Below are positions 15,566-27,500 of a DNA stretch of 64,000 bases, in pieces. The notes under the pieces were generated by a model. The model saw nothing but the letters and a program-made list of their open reading frames with translations, was not told the DNA's origin and ran no database searches. Location: the NCBI GenBank assembly GCA_965216325.1, contig OZ244160.1:1856001-1920000 (forward strand). Reading direction: 5' to 3'. This DNA comes from Coraliomargarita sp. (GTDB lineage Bacteria > Verrucomicrobiota > Verrucomicrobiia > Opitutales > Coraliomargaritaceae). A program made the translations under genes and the position numbers. Each line of letters opens with the position of its first letter. Position 1 is the first letter of the stretch.

Positions 15566-18500
15566 ATGAACATGACAGACTGCTCACTATCTACCAAACG
15601 TCTACGATTCGCATTGCTTGCCAGCCTGAGTTTGCCATCCGTCCTCCTCGCGGTTGCGCCAAACGCGGTGAACGACGACTTGCGCACAACTGACCCGGTT
15701 GCTGCCAACGCATCACTTGTTCTGGCGGAATCCAAACTCATCACCAATGACTCCGGTGACGATAAGGCGGTCAAGTCGGTGACTACTCCTTCAAGTGACG
15801 GCGCGACTGTAAGCTGGGACGGTACGAACGTGACTTACACACCAGGTGATGGTAGTAGCGATGTGTTCCTAGCACTCGACACCGGAGAACATGAAGATGA
15901 CAGCTTTACCTATACTTTGGAAGGCAGTGACGGTGACGATGATACTGCTACAGTTCAAATCCGAGTGACTGGTGTGAACGATACGCCAACGCTCACTGGC
16001 ACGACAGGCACCGCGAACGTTAACGACAACGATAACACCAATACCGTTCTTTCTGGTGTGAACATTGGTGACCCGGACGTAGAGAACGTTACCGTTACCA
16101 TTACTGTTGCGAGTGCAAATGGTGAATTCGATAATTACGTTGCCCAAGGTTTTGCACGTGCGTCGAACAGTGGTAACTATGTTTATACGTATACAGGCTC
16201 GACTTCGAATGCACAGTCCAGAACGCAGGCCTTGAATTTCGTGCCAGTCGCGAATTTGGCTGAGGTTGGTAGCAACACAAATGTCTCCGTATCGATTCGA
16301 GTTGAAGACGAAGCGCTGAACGTAACTGGCAGCAAGTCCGTTGCAATCGCATCTATCAACGATCGACCCGACATCACCGTCCCAGGCAGCAATGTTGCAA
16401 TGGACGATGATGAGTCTAAAACGATTTTCTCCGGTGTGACTATTGTGGATCCGGATCCATCCGATGCGCAAGACGTTGAGATCACTTATGACGACCGAAA
16501 GGGTAGCTTCCCGACCAGCGCTCAATACTCAAAGAGCGGATCCAATGCGAATGCAAAGCTGACCATTTCAAATGCGACAGTTTCCTCTGCTAACAGCATC
16601 ATCCAGGCTTTGGTTTTTACTCCTGAGCCGAATCAAGTGGCTGTTGGTAATTCTGAAGAACTGACTTTTAGCATCAAAACCACTGATGAGGCGAATACCA
16701 ACCGCACCCGAAGTGTTAAGGTGGACGTAACATCAGTCAATGAACCGCCGGTTGTCCTTGAAAATGGGGGTTCGACTGCGTTCTCCACTTCCGCTGGCGG
16801 CTCAGTGATTCCATACAGCTTGGTAAACGTGACAGACCCTGACGTCGAAGCGAGTGGTTCCGGTGAGGGGGCAGGTGACGACTTTACGGCAGAGATTGCT
16901 CTCAGCCGTGCCACAGGAACAGACCTTGGCTCAATTGTTTCTACTTCATTCTCTTTGAAAAGCGGTAGCACAAATGTCTATACCTACACTGCTGCAATCG
17001 AAGTGCTTCAAGATGCGATCCGCGCACTGACCTATATCGCTCCTGCAGATGCAGGAGTGGTGGAACTTGCGCTCACTGTTACGGATGCGCAAGACACCAC
17101 TTCGAACGAACTGACGGTGGAAGTGACTTCATCGGTTCCAAATCCGGGGATTTCAGGTTTGGAAGAGGGCCAAGAAGTATTTGATAACTCTGCCTTATTG
17201 CCGTTCTCCGCTGCGATCTTCAATAGCTTCGGCACGACCGATCGTGTGATTGAGATTGCTCTCGATGATGACCAAAAGGGCACCTTCGATATCTTGGGTG
17301 ATTTCCAATATGACGACACAGTATCACCTCCAGTCTATCGAATGACCGGCAATGCGGTTGAAGCATCGCAGTCACTACAGAACATTCGCTTCAACCCAAC
17401 ACCCAACCGAATTGTTGGTGCGAGTGATACCGTGCAGTTTACGATTCAGATGCTCACCGCGATCGGTGGCACCGCACTGAACACCGATATTCTCACGATC
17501 ACCGTCTTCCCTGTGAATGATGCTCCGATCGTCAGCAGCGATAGTCCAACCTATCGAATCAATGACGACGAAACCGAGTATCCATATCAATCTTTACAGG
17601 TGAGTGACCCGGATGAAGGTGGTAATCAAGAAGTGACCGTGACGCTTTCATTGAGTGGCGATGACAGCATTGCTGGTGTTGCTGGTGTGCTGACTCTCGA
17701 TGTCGCCAATGTGGATGTGGACCTTAAGGACTTTGGCGGGCAGATCGTTTTCCCAAGTTCACAGTATACCTTCAACGATCAGAGCAACGCTGATCCGTCG
17801 GACGACACGATCACGATCGGTAACTTCCTTTTTGATTACGACGACACGGCGAAGACGATCAGTTTCAACAGTTTCGTGGCGACACCGGATGGCGTCGATC
17901 CTGCCGATTTCGCTACGCTCGAACTTAGTTTTGATCGCGCCTTTGATCCGGACGATGATGTAAATACAAACAACTCGGTGGCGATTCTGAGCTTCTTCAA
18001 CTCTGCCGGAAGTTCTGATGCAAAGGATGCCTTTGTTGCTGAGTTGGATGGCTTTGAGTTCTCTGAGTTTATTGGTGAGCCAGATGATTTGAATGCGATT
18101 CTCGACATTGTGCTCTTCACACCAACTGAGAACCGCAATCAAGATGGTGAGCGTGAGACAGTTACCTTTACTTTGCGCGTTGCTGACGGGAACGAGGGTG
18201 TGGCTCAAGTTTCAGATGTAAGTGTGGTGGTGCTCGCTGTCGATGGTGCGCCTGAGATTCTGGGTGTTCCTGATCTTAGCCAGCAGCCATTCCCAGTGCC
18301 GGGTGTTGTGGATGGTGTATCCGGCAAAACGGAAGCACTGCCATTTGTTGCCATCAGTATCTCCGATGATGTGGATCCTGCAGGCCCTGCGACCGTGACA
18401 GTTGAGATCGCTCTGGACAACTATGAGAAGGGCACACTCAGCGGTGGTGGTTTCATCGAGACCGGTAGCGACACTGGGGTATACACTCTCGAAGGAACTT

Positions 18501-21500
18501 TGGATGCAGTGAATGCAGCACTGGATCTACTCGAGTATGAATTGAGCGATACCTATGGCTTCGATCTAGCTGCACCGGGTGCGACTGAGTTCACGATTCG
18601 TGTGACAGACTCCTCACCGGCAGCAAATGTGACTTCCGCCACATACGGTATCGTTGTTCGTGAGCCAATCGTTTCGCGTGTGGTCACACTTACTTCGGAC
18701 TACAGCACTGCAGAGAGCGCAATCGCTGGAAGCTTCCGTAAGGCAATTGCAGATGCGAACAACAATGATTTCATCGTCTTCGACTTTGCGAGTGATGCCT
18801 ACCCGGCAGTCATCCGCCTAAAGGAGCCAATCGTAGTCGATAAGAACCTCACCATTGTAGGTCCTCGTCCAGCGAATCTTACCATTAGTGGTGATACGGA
18901 TGGTGACGACACGCCAGACGTTCAGTTGTTTACTGTGACGGGTGGAGCGAAGCTGACCTTGGAGCAACTGACCCTTAAGCATGGCACCGCGGCCTCCTAT
19001 GGTGGTGCAGTCTCTGTAGAAACGGGCTCTTCGCTTTGCGCTCGCTTCGTGAGCTTCGAAGAAAATGACGCTGGCCAATTCGGTGGTGCGATTGATGTTT
19101 TCCTTGGTTCCCTTGATGTTCGACAGTGCTTGTTCTATCAAAACAAGGTCTTGGGTTCGACTGCCTTCGGCGGTGGCGCGATCTCTATTTACACGACCGA
19201 AGCATGCTCGATCATTAACTCGACATTCGTAGAGAACAAGCAAGACAACGCTGGTGGCCTGGGTGGTGCTGCACTCTATGTAGAGAATAGCGACCTAGCT
19301 GAAGCCTTGGACGTTCTTGTCGAGCACTGCACATTTAAGAATAATGTGGATGCGGCATTGAGTGGCAGTGCGGTGCTCTCTGCGAAGTTCGGTGCTCTAG
19401 TGACCTTGCGCAATACGCTTTTGGTCGACGAGCAAGGCATGGTTCTCGATGTGATTGGCGGCGGTAAATTCAATACGCTTGGTGGTAATATTGCGACCGA
19501 TAACACTGAGACGACCTATACACTTGGTGGTGGTGCACGTCAGGATGTTGTGATCCTTGATCACGAAGATGACCAACGTCTGACCGATCCACTACTGTTG
19601 GCCTTGGCTGATAATGCGGGTCCAACACTGACCTGTGCGCTGGATGACTTGAGCCTTGCGAAAGGTAATGCAGTTTCTCCAACACTGATCGCGGATTCAG
19701 TCTTAGTCGATCAGCGTGGTGTGTGGCGCGGATCTTCGCGTGATAGTGGTGCTTTCCAGTCCGGTGAATTCAAGCGCATCAACATTAACGAAATCTATCT
19801 CGAAACGGGCGCACAATTCCTGGAGTTCTACAACCCACGCGAATCGGCTGCGCTCGATATGCAAGGGCTCAAGTTGTATGTGGATGGCACTTTGATTTAC
19901 ACCTTTGCCTCTTCGCTCTCGGTTGATCCAGGCGCAGGCTTTGTGCTGGAGCAATCGGAGTGGTTGGCAGACTTCGAGTTGAATGCCGAAGCGGGTCAGA
20001 TTGTATTGAAGTCGACTGCAGATCAGACACTGCTAGAGATCAACTACGTCGCAAACTTTGACTTTGGTGGCGTCACCATTGATCCGGCGATTAAAGTGGA
20101 TGGTCAGTCGATCGTCCGTTATCCGAATTTCGAAGGACCGTATCTGCCACACCGCCGTGTTGTTGAGCGTGTGACTGGTGTGGTTGTGACAACTGGCGGC
20201 TTGAGCTCCAGCGGTGAAGACGTGAATGGTGCACCGCTCAATGGTGGTAATGCGCCTCCAATTGCAGTTGAAGATGAAGAAGGCTACGCGCTCTTTGCAG
20301 ATGAAACACTTCTGCTAGATGTTCTTGCCAATGATGTTGAGTTTGATCGCACCGATACACTTGAAATCGATGCAGTGATGTCACTTAGCTCAGGCACCCT
20401 GATCAGCACCGAGCTGGATGGCTATGATGGTGGCGGCAATGGATCTTACACAATCGCAGGCCTTAGCCCGGACTCGACTCGTGATGCGAGCCAAGTTTCT
20501 GTGACTGTGAGTGGTGACCCGGATCAACTGCTTTACAATCCGATCAACTCACCACTGATGATTGCGCTTTCCGAAGGCGAGACCACTGTGGACGTGTGGG
20601 CCTACACTATTCAGGACTACGCTTCTGGTGGCGCGGAAAATGATCGTGATCCAAATGCGGTTAAAACAGACGCGAAGCGCGCAGAAAATCTCAAGCGTGC
20701 GACCAGCTATTTCTATGTAACGGTTACGGGTGTGAATGAAGCGCCGGACGCGGCGGATGACGGTGCCTTTAGCACTCCTGAAAATCAGGCGATTCGCTTG
20801 ATGGCGGATACTGCTTTAACCAGCGGCTCATTCGACTTCGAAGACCAAGATGCAGACTACATGGACTTTGACGGCACCGGCGCTGAAGTCGTGCTCACGC
20901 CAGTGCTGCAAACCACAGCACTGCTTGCGAATGACAATGACGTCGATAACGACGACACTAATACCACGATTGAGCTGATCAATGTGCACCAGACATCCAC
21001 ACGAGTGGAACAAACGACAGCAACCAGTTTGCTTGGTGCGACCGTGACTCTCGATATCCGTGCGAATCGTTCCGAAACGCATATTATCTACGATCCACGT
21101 AGCTCCAGCACGCTGAATGCATTGAGCGCAACGGATACGCCAGTAGAAGATAGCTTCTACTATACCGTCATCGACCGCCATGGTGCAATTGGCACGGCAA
21201 AGGTTACTGTGCTGGTTTCCGGTGTGAATGACGTGCCGACCGCAAATGACGACACAGACTACTTCGCGAGTGAAGACGGCACCTTGCAAATCACCGAAGT
21301 GGACCTGCTCGCAAATGATACAGACCCAGACCAGGACGGCAGCGATGCGGTGGATATGCCTGAGATTTCCTCCGTCCCATCGAACACTGTTCTCGGTGCG
21401 GTGCTGAGCTTCGACGGCACAACAATTACCTACGATCCGACAACCTTGCCCTTCTACGAAACAATGGCACGCAACGAGATCGTGATCGATGAATTCACCT

Positions 21501-24500
21501 ATGAAATTTCGGATGGTAACTCCGGCACATCTGAGGCGACTGTGTTCATTGAGTTCGTTGGTGTAAACGACACGCCAACCGCTGAGGACGATACGCTTAA
21601 CATCGATGAAAACCAGACTGCAGAAATCGCCGCGCTTGGCCTGCTTGATAACGACGAAGACATTGATGTGAACGGAACCGATCCTGATGATGACATTTGG
21701 GTTCTTCCGCAGCGTAACGTGACCACTGCACTCGGTGCTACCCTCAACATCGAGACCGATGGTAGCTATAGCTACGATGCGAACTCGGCATTGATTGAAA
21801 GCCTCTTCGAAGGAGAGCAAGTAATCGAAGTGTTCCCATACACGATCACTGACAATAGTCGCACCTCTGCTTCGGATGATAACTTCAAGATCATCACCAA
21901 TCGCACTGATGTGGTGCTGCCAGTTTTGGTGAACGACTTTGTTGCTGGAAGTGCACGCACAGCTGTAACCGCATATAGCGATGGCGGTGGCAATGTCGTG
22001 ATCGAAAGCGACAATCACCAACTACGTGATGGCCTCCTGATCCAGATCGAAGGTTATGCCGGCGCCGATGATTACAACGGCGTGCATGCAATCACTGTGG
22101 TTGACCGCGACCACTTCAGTATTCCACTTGAGTTTGTAGATGACCCGGATGGTAACCGTGGCACATGGCGTCCATGGTTCAACATTACCGCGGTCGGCAC
22201 TCCTGATCGTGCAGCTAAACTGGAAATCGCTGATGACGCACAAACACTGGTCTACTCTCCGAAAGCCAACTTCTATGGCACGGAGACCTTTACCTACACA
22301 ATCGAAGACGGTGCGGGCGGTCAGGATGTCGCAACCGTTGAAATGCTGGTGATTGATGAGCCGCTCAATTCATTCCTAGTTGCGAAGGACGATGTGTTCG
22401 TCATCTATAACGACCAAGATGCACAAATCGTTGATGTGCTTGCGAATGACAACATGTTGCCAGCTCCGGGGAGCGACCTGTTTATCACAGAAACGACTGC
22501 TGTTGGTGGTGCTTCCGGCACGCTCTCGATTGTCAATGGAGGCAAGTCCTTGAGTTATGAGCCGGCAACTCTTGGTCTGCATGAGTTTACTTACACCGTA
22601 ACAGGTGGTGGCACATCCGCGACTGAAGCAACGGTTCAGTTTAACGTGATTGCGCCGGAAGCCTTCATGACGGATAGCGATACTATCGAGGCTGGTCTCA
22701 CTGCGCTCTTCCTCGATGTCGGCGAGAACTATGTCGTTGCTGAGGATAGCTCGGCGACGCTGTTCGACGTCCTCGCCAATGATGAGACACTCGCAGTGTA
22801 TCCAGTCAGCCTGGAATTGGTTGAGATTGTCTCTGCTCCAAGCAATGGCACAGCTGAAATTGCGGGTGATCAAGTGAGCTTCACGCCGGATGCATCCTTC
22901 ACTGGTGGTGATAGCTTCACTTACCGTGTCCGTGATGAGCTCGGCAATGAACTCACCAAGACTGTAAATGTGACAGTGGTAGAGAATGCGGATGATTTCT
23001 ACGCGGTTGAAGATCATTACATTGTCTGGGCTGGTAGCACATCGATCTCCTTGCCTGTCTTGACCAATGACATTGCGACAGGTGCCAATAGCACATCGTT
23101 GAGTGTCACCAATCTTGGCTTGGATACACAGGCACCGCCTGAAGCGGATCGTGTGGCATTCAATGGCACATCGGTAATTTACTCCGCTCCTGCGAGTGCA
23201 ACGAGTGAGATCTTTACTTACGAAATCGGAGACGGCACTAGTGAGCGTCGTGAAGCTGCGATCGTCATCACTGTGGTGGATGCGTATCCAGCTTTGGATC
23301 CACAAGACGATCTCTTCACCGTCGCAAAGAACAGCAGCGGCCATAGCCTGGACGTGCTGCTGAATGATACTGCTTTCCCGCTTGTTGGATGGGATCGCAC
23401 CATCACTGCGGTTAGTGCGACAGACAATGGTGGCTCGGTTGCGGTGAACGCAGGCGCGACTCTCGACTACAGCCCAGCTGCCGATTTCAATGGTATCGAG
23501 AGCTTTACCTACACGGTAGAAGATGCCTTCGGTCAGACCGATACTGCAACCGTCACGGTGATGGTCGGTATGCAGATTACCGGAGATGACGAGTTTGTGG
23601 TCCTGGAGAACACCAGCCTCAACGTCTTTGATGTTCTGGTGAACGACGATCTTCTCGATCGCTACGAGACTGAATACAAGATTGTTGAAATGGTCTCTGT
23701 TGCGACGACTGAAGGAGGTGAGGTGAGCACGAGCGAAGATGCTCCAAACAATTACCTACTCTACACTCCTGCAGATGACTTTGTCGGTGAAGATACTTTT
23801 ACATACGAAGTTGTTGATGACAGCGGAAACACCGTTGAGGCGACAGTCACCGTCCAAGTCATCTCGATCGAAAGCGACCGTGATTCTGCCTTCTTGCGTG
23901 TCACGGTTACGGGTGTGAATGACAGTCCGGTTTTACTTGGTGTTGCGAATGGTGCGACCGATGATAAGATCAGTGTGAAGCCATTCCCGTCGGTCACGAT
24001 TACCGATATCGATGAAGGCGGTAACCAGCTGCAAACTGTTACAGTAACTTATGACAGCACGAAGGGCACCGTTTCGGCACCAGGTTTCACTCCGATTGAT
24101 GCAGACACCTTCCGCATTACGGACACACCGGCGAATGTAACGACTGCGCTACAGGCGATGGTTTACACTCCATTCGAGAATCTCACAGGCGCGGTGGTCG
24201 ATGGCACCTTCGATGTCGACTTCGATCTGGAACTCTCGGATGGCTACATCACTCCGTCCATCGAAGCGACTGCAACGATTACCGTGACTGCGATCAACGA
24301 CGCTCCTGAGCCTGTCGATGACAGCTACAGCACCTCGGAAAATCAAGCGATCCGTATGCTTGCAGATGCAACCCTGCTCTCGGCAGCATTTGACTTCGGA
24401 GATCTGGATCCAGACTTCCAGGCCGTCAATGCAGTGGGCGCAACTGTAACTCTGACACCGGTGCTACAGCCAGTAAGCCTGTTGGCGAACGATGACGACG

Positions 24501-27500
24501 TTGATAGCGATGATGACAACACGACGATCGAATTGATCAATATCCACACCACGAATGTTCGTGTGGACCAAGTGACGTCAACGACTGCTCTTGGTGCAAC
24601 GGTCACACTCGACATTCGAGCAGTCCGCGCGGAGACCAACATTCTATACGATCCACGTGGTTCCGCGATCTTGAATGCACTGCGTGCAGGCGAACAAGTA
24701 ACCGATAGTTTCTACTACACAGTTCGTGACCAGCATGGTGCTCTGGGCATCGCCAAGGTCGATGTCGTCGTCACTGGTGTGAATGACGTTCCAACTGCCA
24801 ACGAAGACGGCGGTTATGAAACCGGTGAAGATAGTTCCATCAACATCCTTGGTGATGATGTGCTCGCGAATGATACCGATCCGGATATCGATGGCGAGCG
24901 CGCGGACGACGATCCGATCATCGTCGACGACTTCCCGAAGACCAGTAACCTCGGTGCGAATTTGACCTTCGATGGCACCAATATCACCTACGACCCAAGT
25001 GGTGTGGCTGTGTTCGAAGCATTGGCTCGCAACGAGTTCATTGAAGACTTCATCACATATACCATCACCGATGAAGAGGGCGGTGAGTCTACTTCTACGA
25101 TTTCACTCGAAGTCGAGGGCTTCAACGATCGTCCGATTGCTGAAAACGACCTGCTCGAAATTGACGAGAACGACACCCAGAGTCGCATTCGTGCAACGGG
25201 TCTGATCTCAAACGATACGGAAATCGATATCGATGGTAATGACCCGAACGATGACCACTGGATCATCCCACAGCGTGAAGTGACGACACCTCTGGGTGCA
25301 GCACTCGATATCGAAACCGACGGTAGCTATACCTACGATGCGAACTCGATGTTCATCGAGAGCATGATCGAAGGTGAAATCCAAGTGGAGACGTTCCCTT
25401 ACATTGTCATCGATAACTTCCGCACTTCCTCTGCTCCCGATAGCTTCAAGGTGCTCGCGGATAGCACCGATGTGCTGCTGCCGGTTCTGTCCAACGACGA
25501 TGTCGCAGGCAGTGTGCCGGTCGCAGTTCTCGGCTATAGCGAGGACCTTGGCGATGCGGGTCGTGTGATTATCGAAAGCACTAACCACGCCCTGCGTGAT
25601 GGCTTACTGATCAAGATCCAAGCTTACAGCGGTTCCGGTGCCTACAATGGTGTCTTCCCGATCACCGTGGTCGATGTTGACCACTTCAGTATCGAAACTC
25701 CATTCGTCGATGATCCTGCTGGCACCCGTGGCACTTGGCGCCCATGGTTCAACATCACTGCGGTCAGTGAGACGGACCAAGAAGGTGTGCTGACAATCGA
25801 TACCGATGCACAGGCAATTCTCTACACTCCGAAGGCTGGCTTCAGTGGCACGGAAACCTTCGAGTATACGATCGAAGACGGTGTTGGTGGTCAGGATGTG
25901 ACAGAGGTCAGTATCCTCGTCCTCGATGCACCGCTCAACACAGTGCTCTCTGCAAGCGATGACCGCTTCCAAATCGGAGCTGGTGAAAGCGCAGTTGAGG
26001 TTGATGTGCTGGCGAACGACAATACTGCTCCGGCACTTGGCACCGCGCTGACTATTACTCAGGTAACCGCTGGCTCTGCGGGTGGCCTTCTCGAGATTAC
26101 CAATGCTGGCAAGACGCTTAGCTACACTCCAGTAAGTGATGCTTACACGGGCACCGAGACCTTCACTTATACAGTCTCCGGTGGCGGTAGCTCAACGACG
26201 ACTGCCTCGATCAGCATCGAAGTGATTGACCGTGTTGATTACCTCGACGGTTCGGATGACAACTTCTTCGTTGTTCAGGATTCCGTCGACAACGTGCTCG
26301 ATGTTGCTGCTAACGATGCAAGCCTGCCGAGCTTCCCAGTCAGCTTCTCCGTGGTCTCTGTGACGACGCCAAACGCTGGTGGTTCAGCCACCGTTGAGAA
26401 CGGTAAGGTCAACTACAGCCCGGCTGCTAGTTATGTTGGTGTGGAAACCTTCAACTACACGATCCGTGACGCAAGTGGTGGTTATACGATCAAGACCGTT
26501 ACGGTTCAAGTGGTGCCAACCGGTTCCGACTTCTATGCACAGGATGATCGTTACATCGTGCTAGCTGGCTCGCCGGAATTGAATCTACCAGTGCTCTTCA
26601 ATGACGGAGCAAGTGGTAGCATCAACCCAGCGGATCTGGACATCTACGAACTCGGTCTGGATACACAGGCTCCACCGGATGTGTCACGTGTCAGCTTCAC
26701 GGACACTGCAGTTCAATACACAGCCCCTGCGACAACGGGTGTGGAGATCTTCAATTACGAGATCGACGATGGCACCGATCAGCGCCGTGAGGCGACGATC
26801 ACTGTGGTGATTGTCGACGAGTTGCCAACCAAGCCAAACGCGCTGGACGATAACTTCCACGTCGAGAAGAACGCAACCAACATCGATTTGGACGTCTTAC
26901 TGAATGACATCCCGCTGCCGAATGCGGCCTGGGCTTGGACCATCGATTCCGTTGGCGCCACGGATCAAGGTGGCACTGCCGTCAATAATGGTGGCACGTC
27001 CATTACCTACACTCCAGCGAATGGTTTCTATGGTGTCGAAAGCTTTGACTACACCATCATCGATGCCTTCGGTGATACCTCGACTGCGACGGTTACTATC
27101 GACGTGGGTGAGCAACTCACCGAGCCGGACACTTATGTCGTGCTGGAGAATAGTTCCGACAACGACTTCCCGGTCCTTGTCAATGATGACATCCTTGAAC
27201 GCTTCCCAGCTGACTACACGATCTCCGCTACGGGCACCCCGGATCAAGGAGGTGTTGTTACAATTGATGGCAGTGGTCCAAACAACCAACTGCTCTACAC
27301 TCCGGCTGCTGACTTTGATGGCATCGAGACGTTCACTTACACCGTGATCGACAAGACCGGTGCAACGCTCGTCGAAACGGTGACCGTTGAAGTGATTACT
27401 GAAGAAAGTGACCGCGACTTTGCAGAGTTCCGCGTCGAGATCACTGGGGTGAATGACATTCCGGTTCTTGCAGGTATCTCCAATGGTGCGACGACTGATA

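Noticed and set aside
20828..23344. 397-aa and 322-aa minus-strand ORFs inside the giant adhesin
   Set aside because: Antisense shadows of Asp/Thr/Val-rich repeats with no protein-like features.
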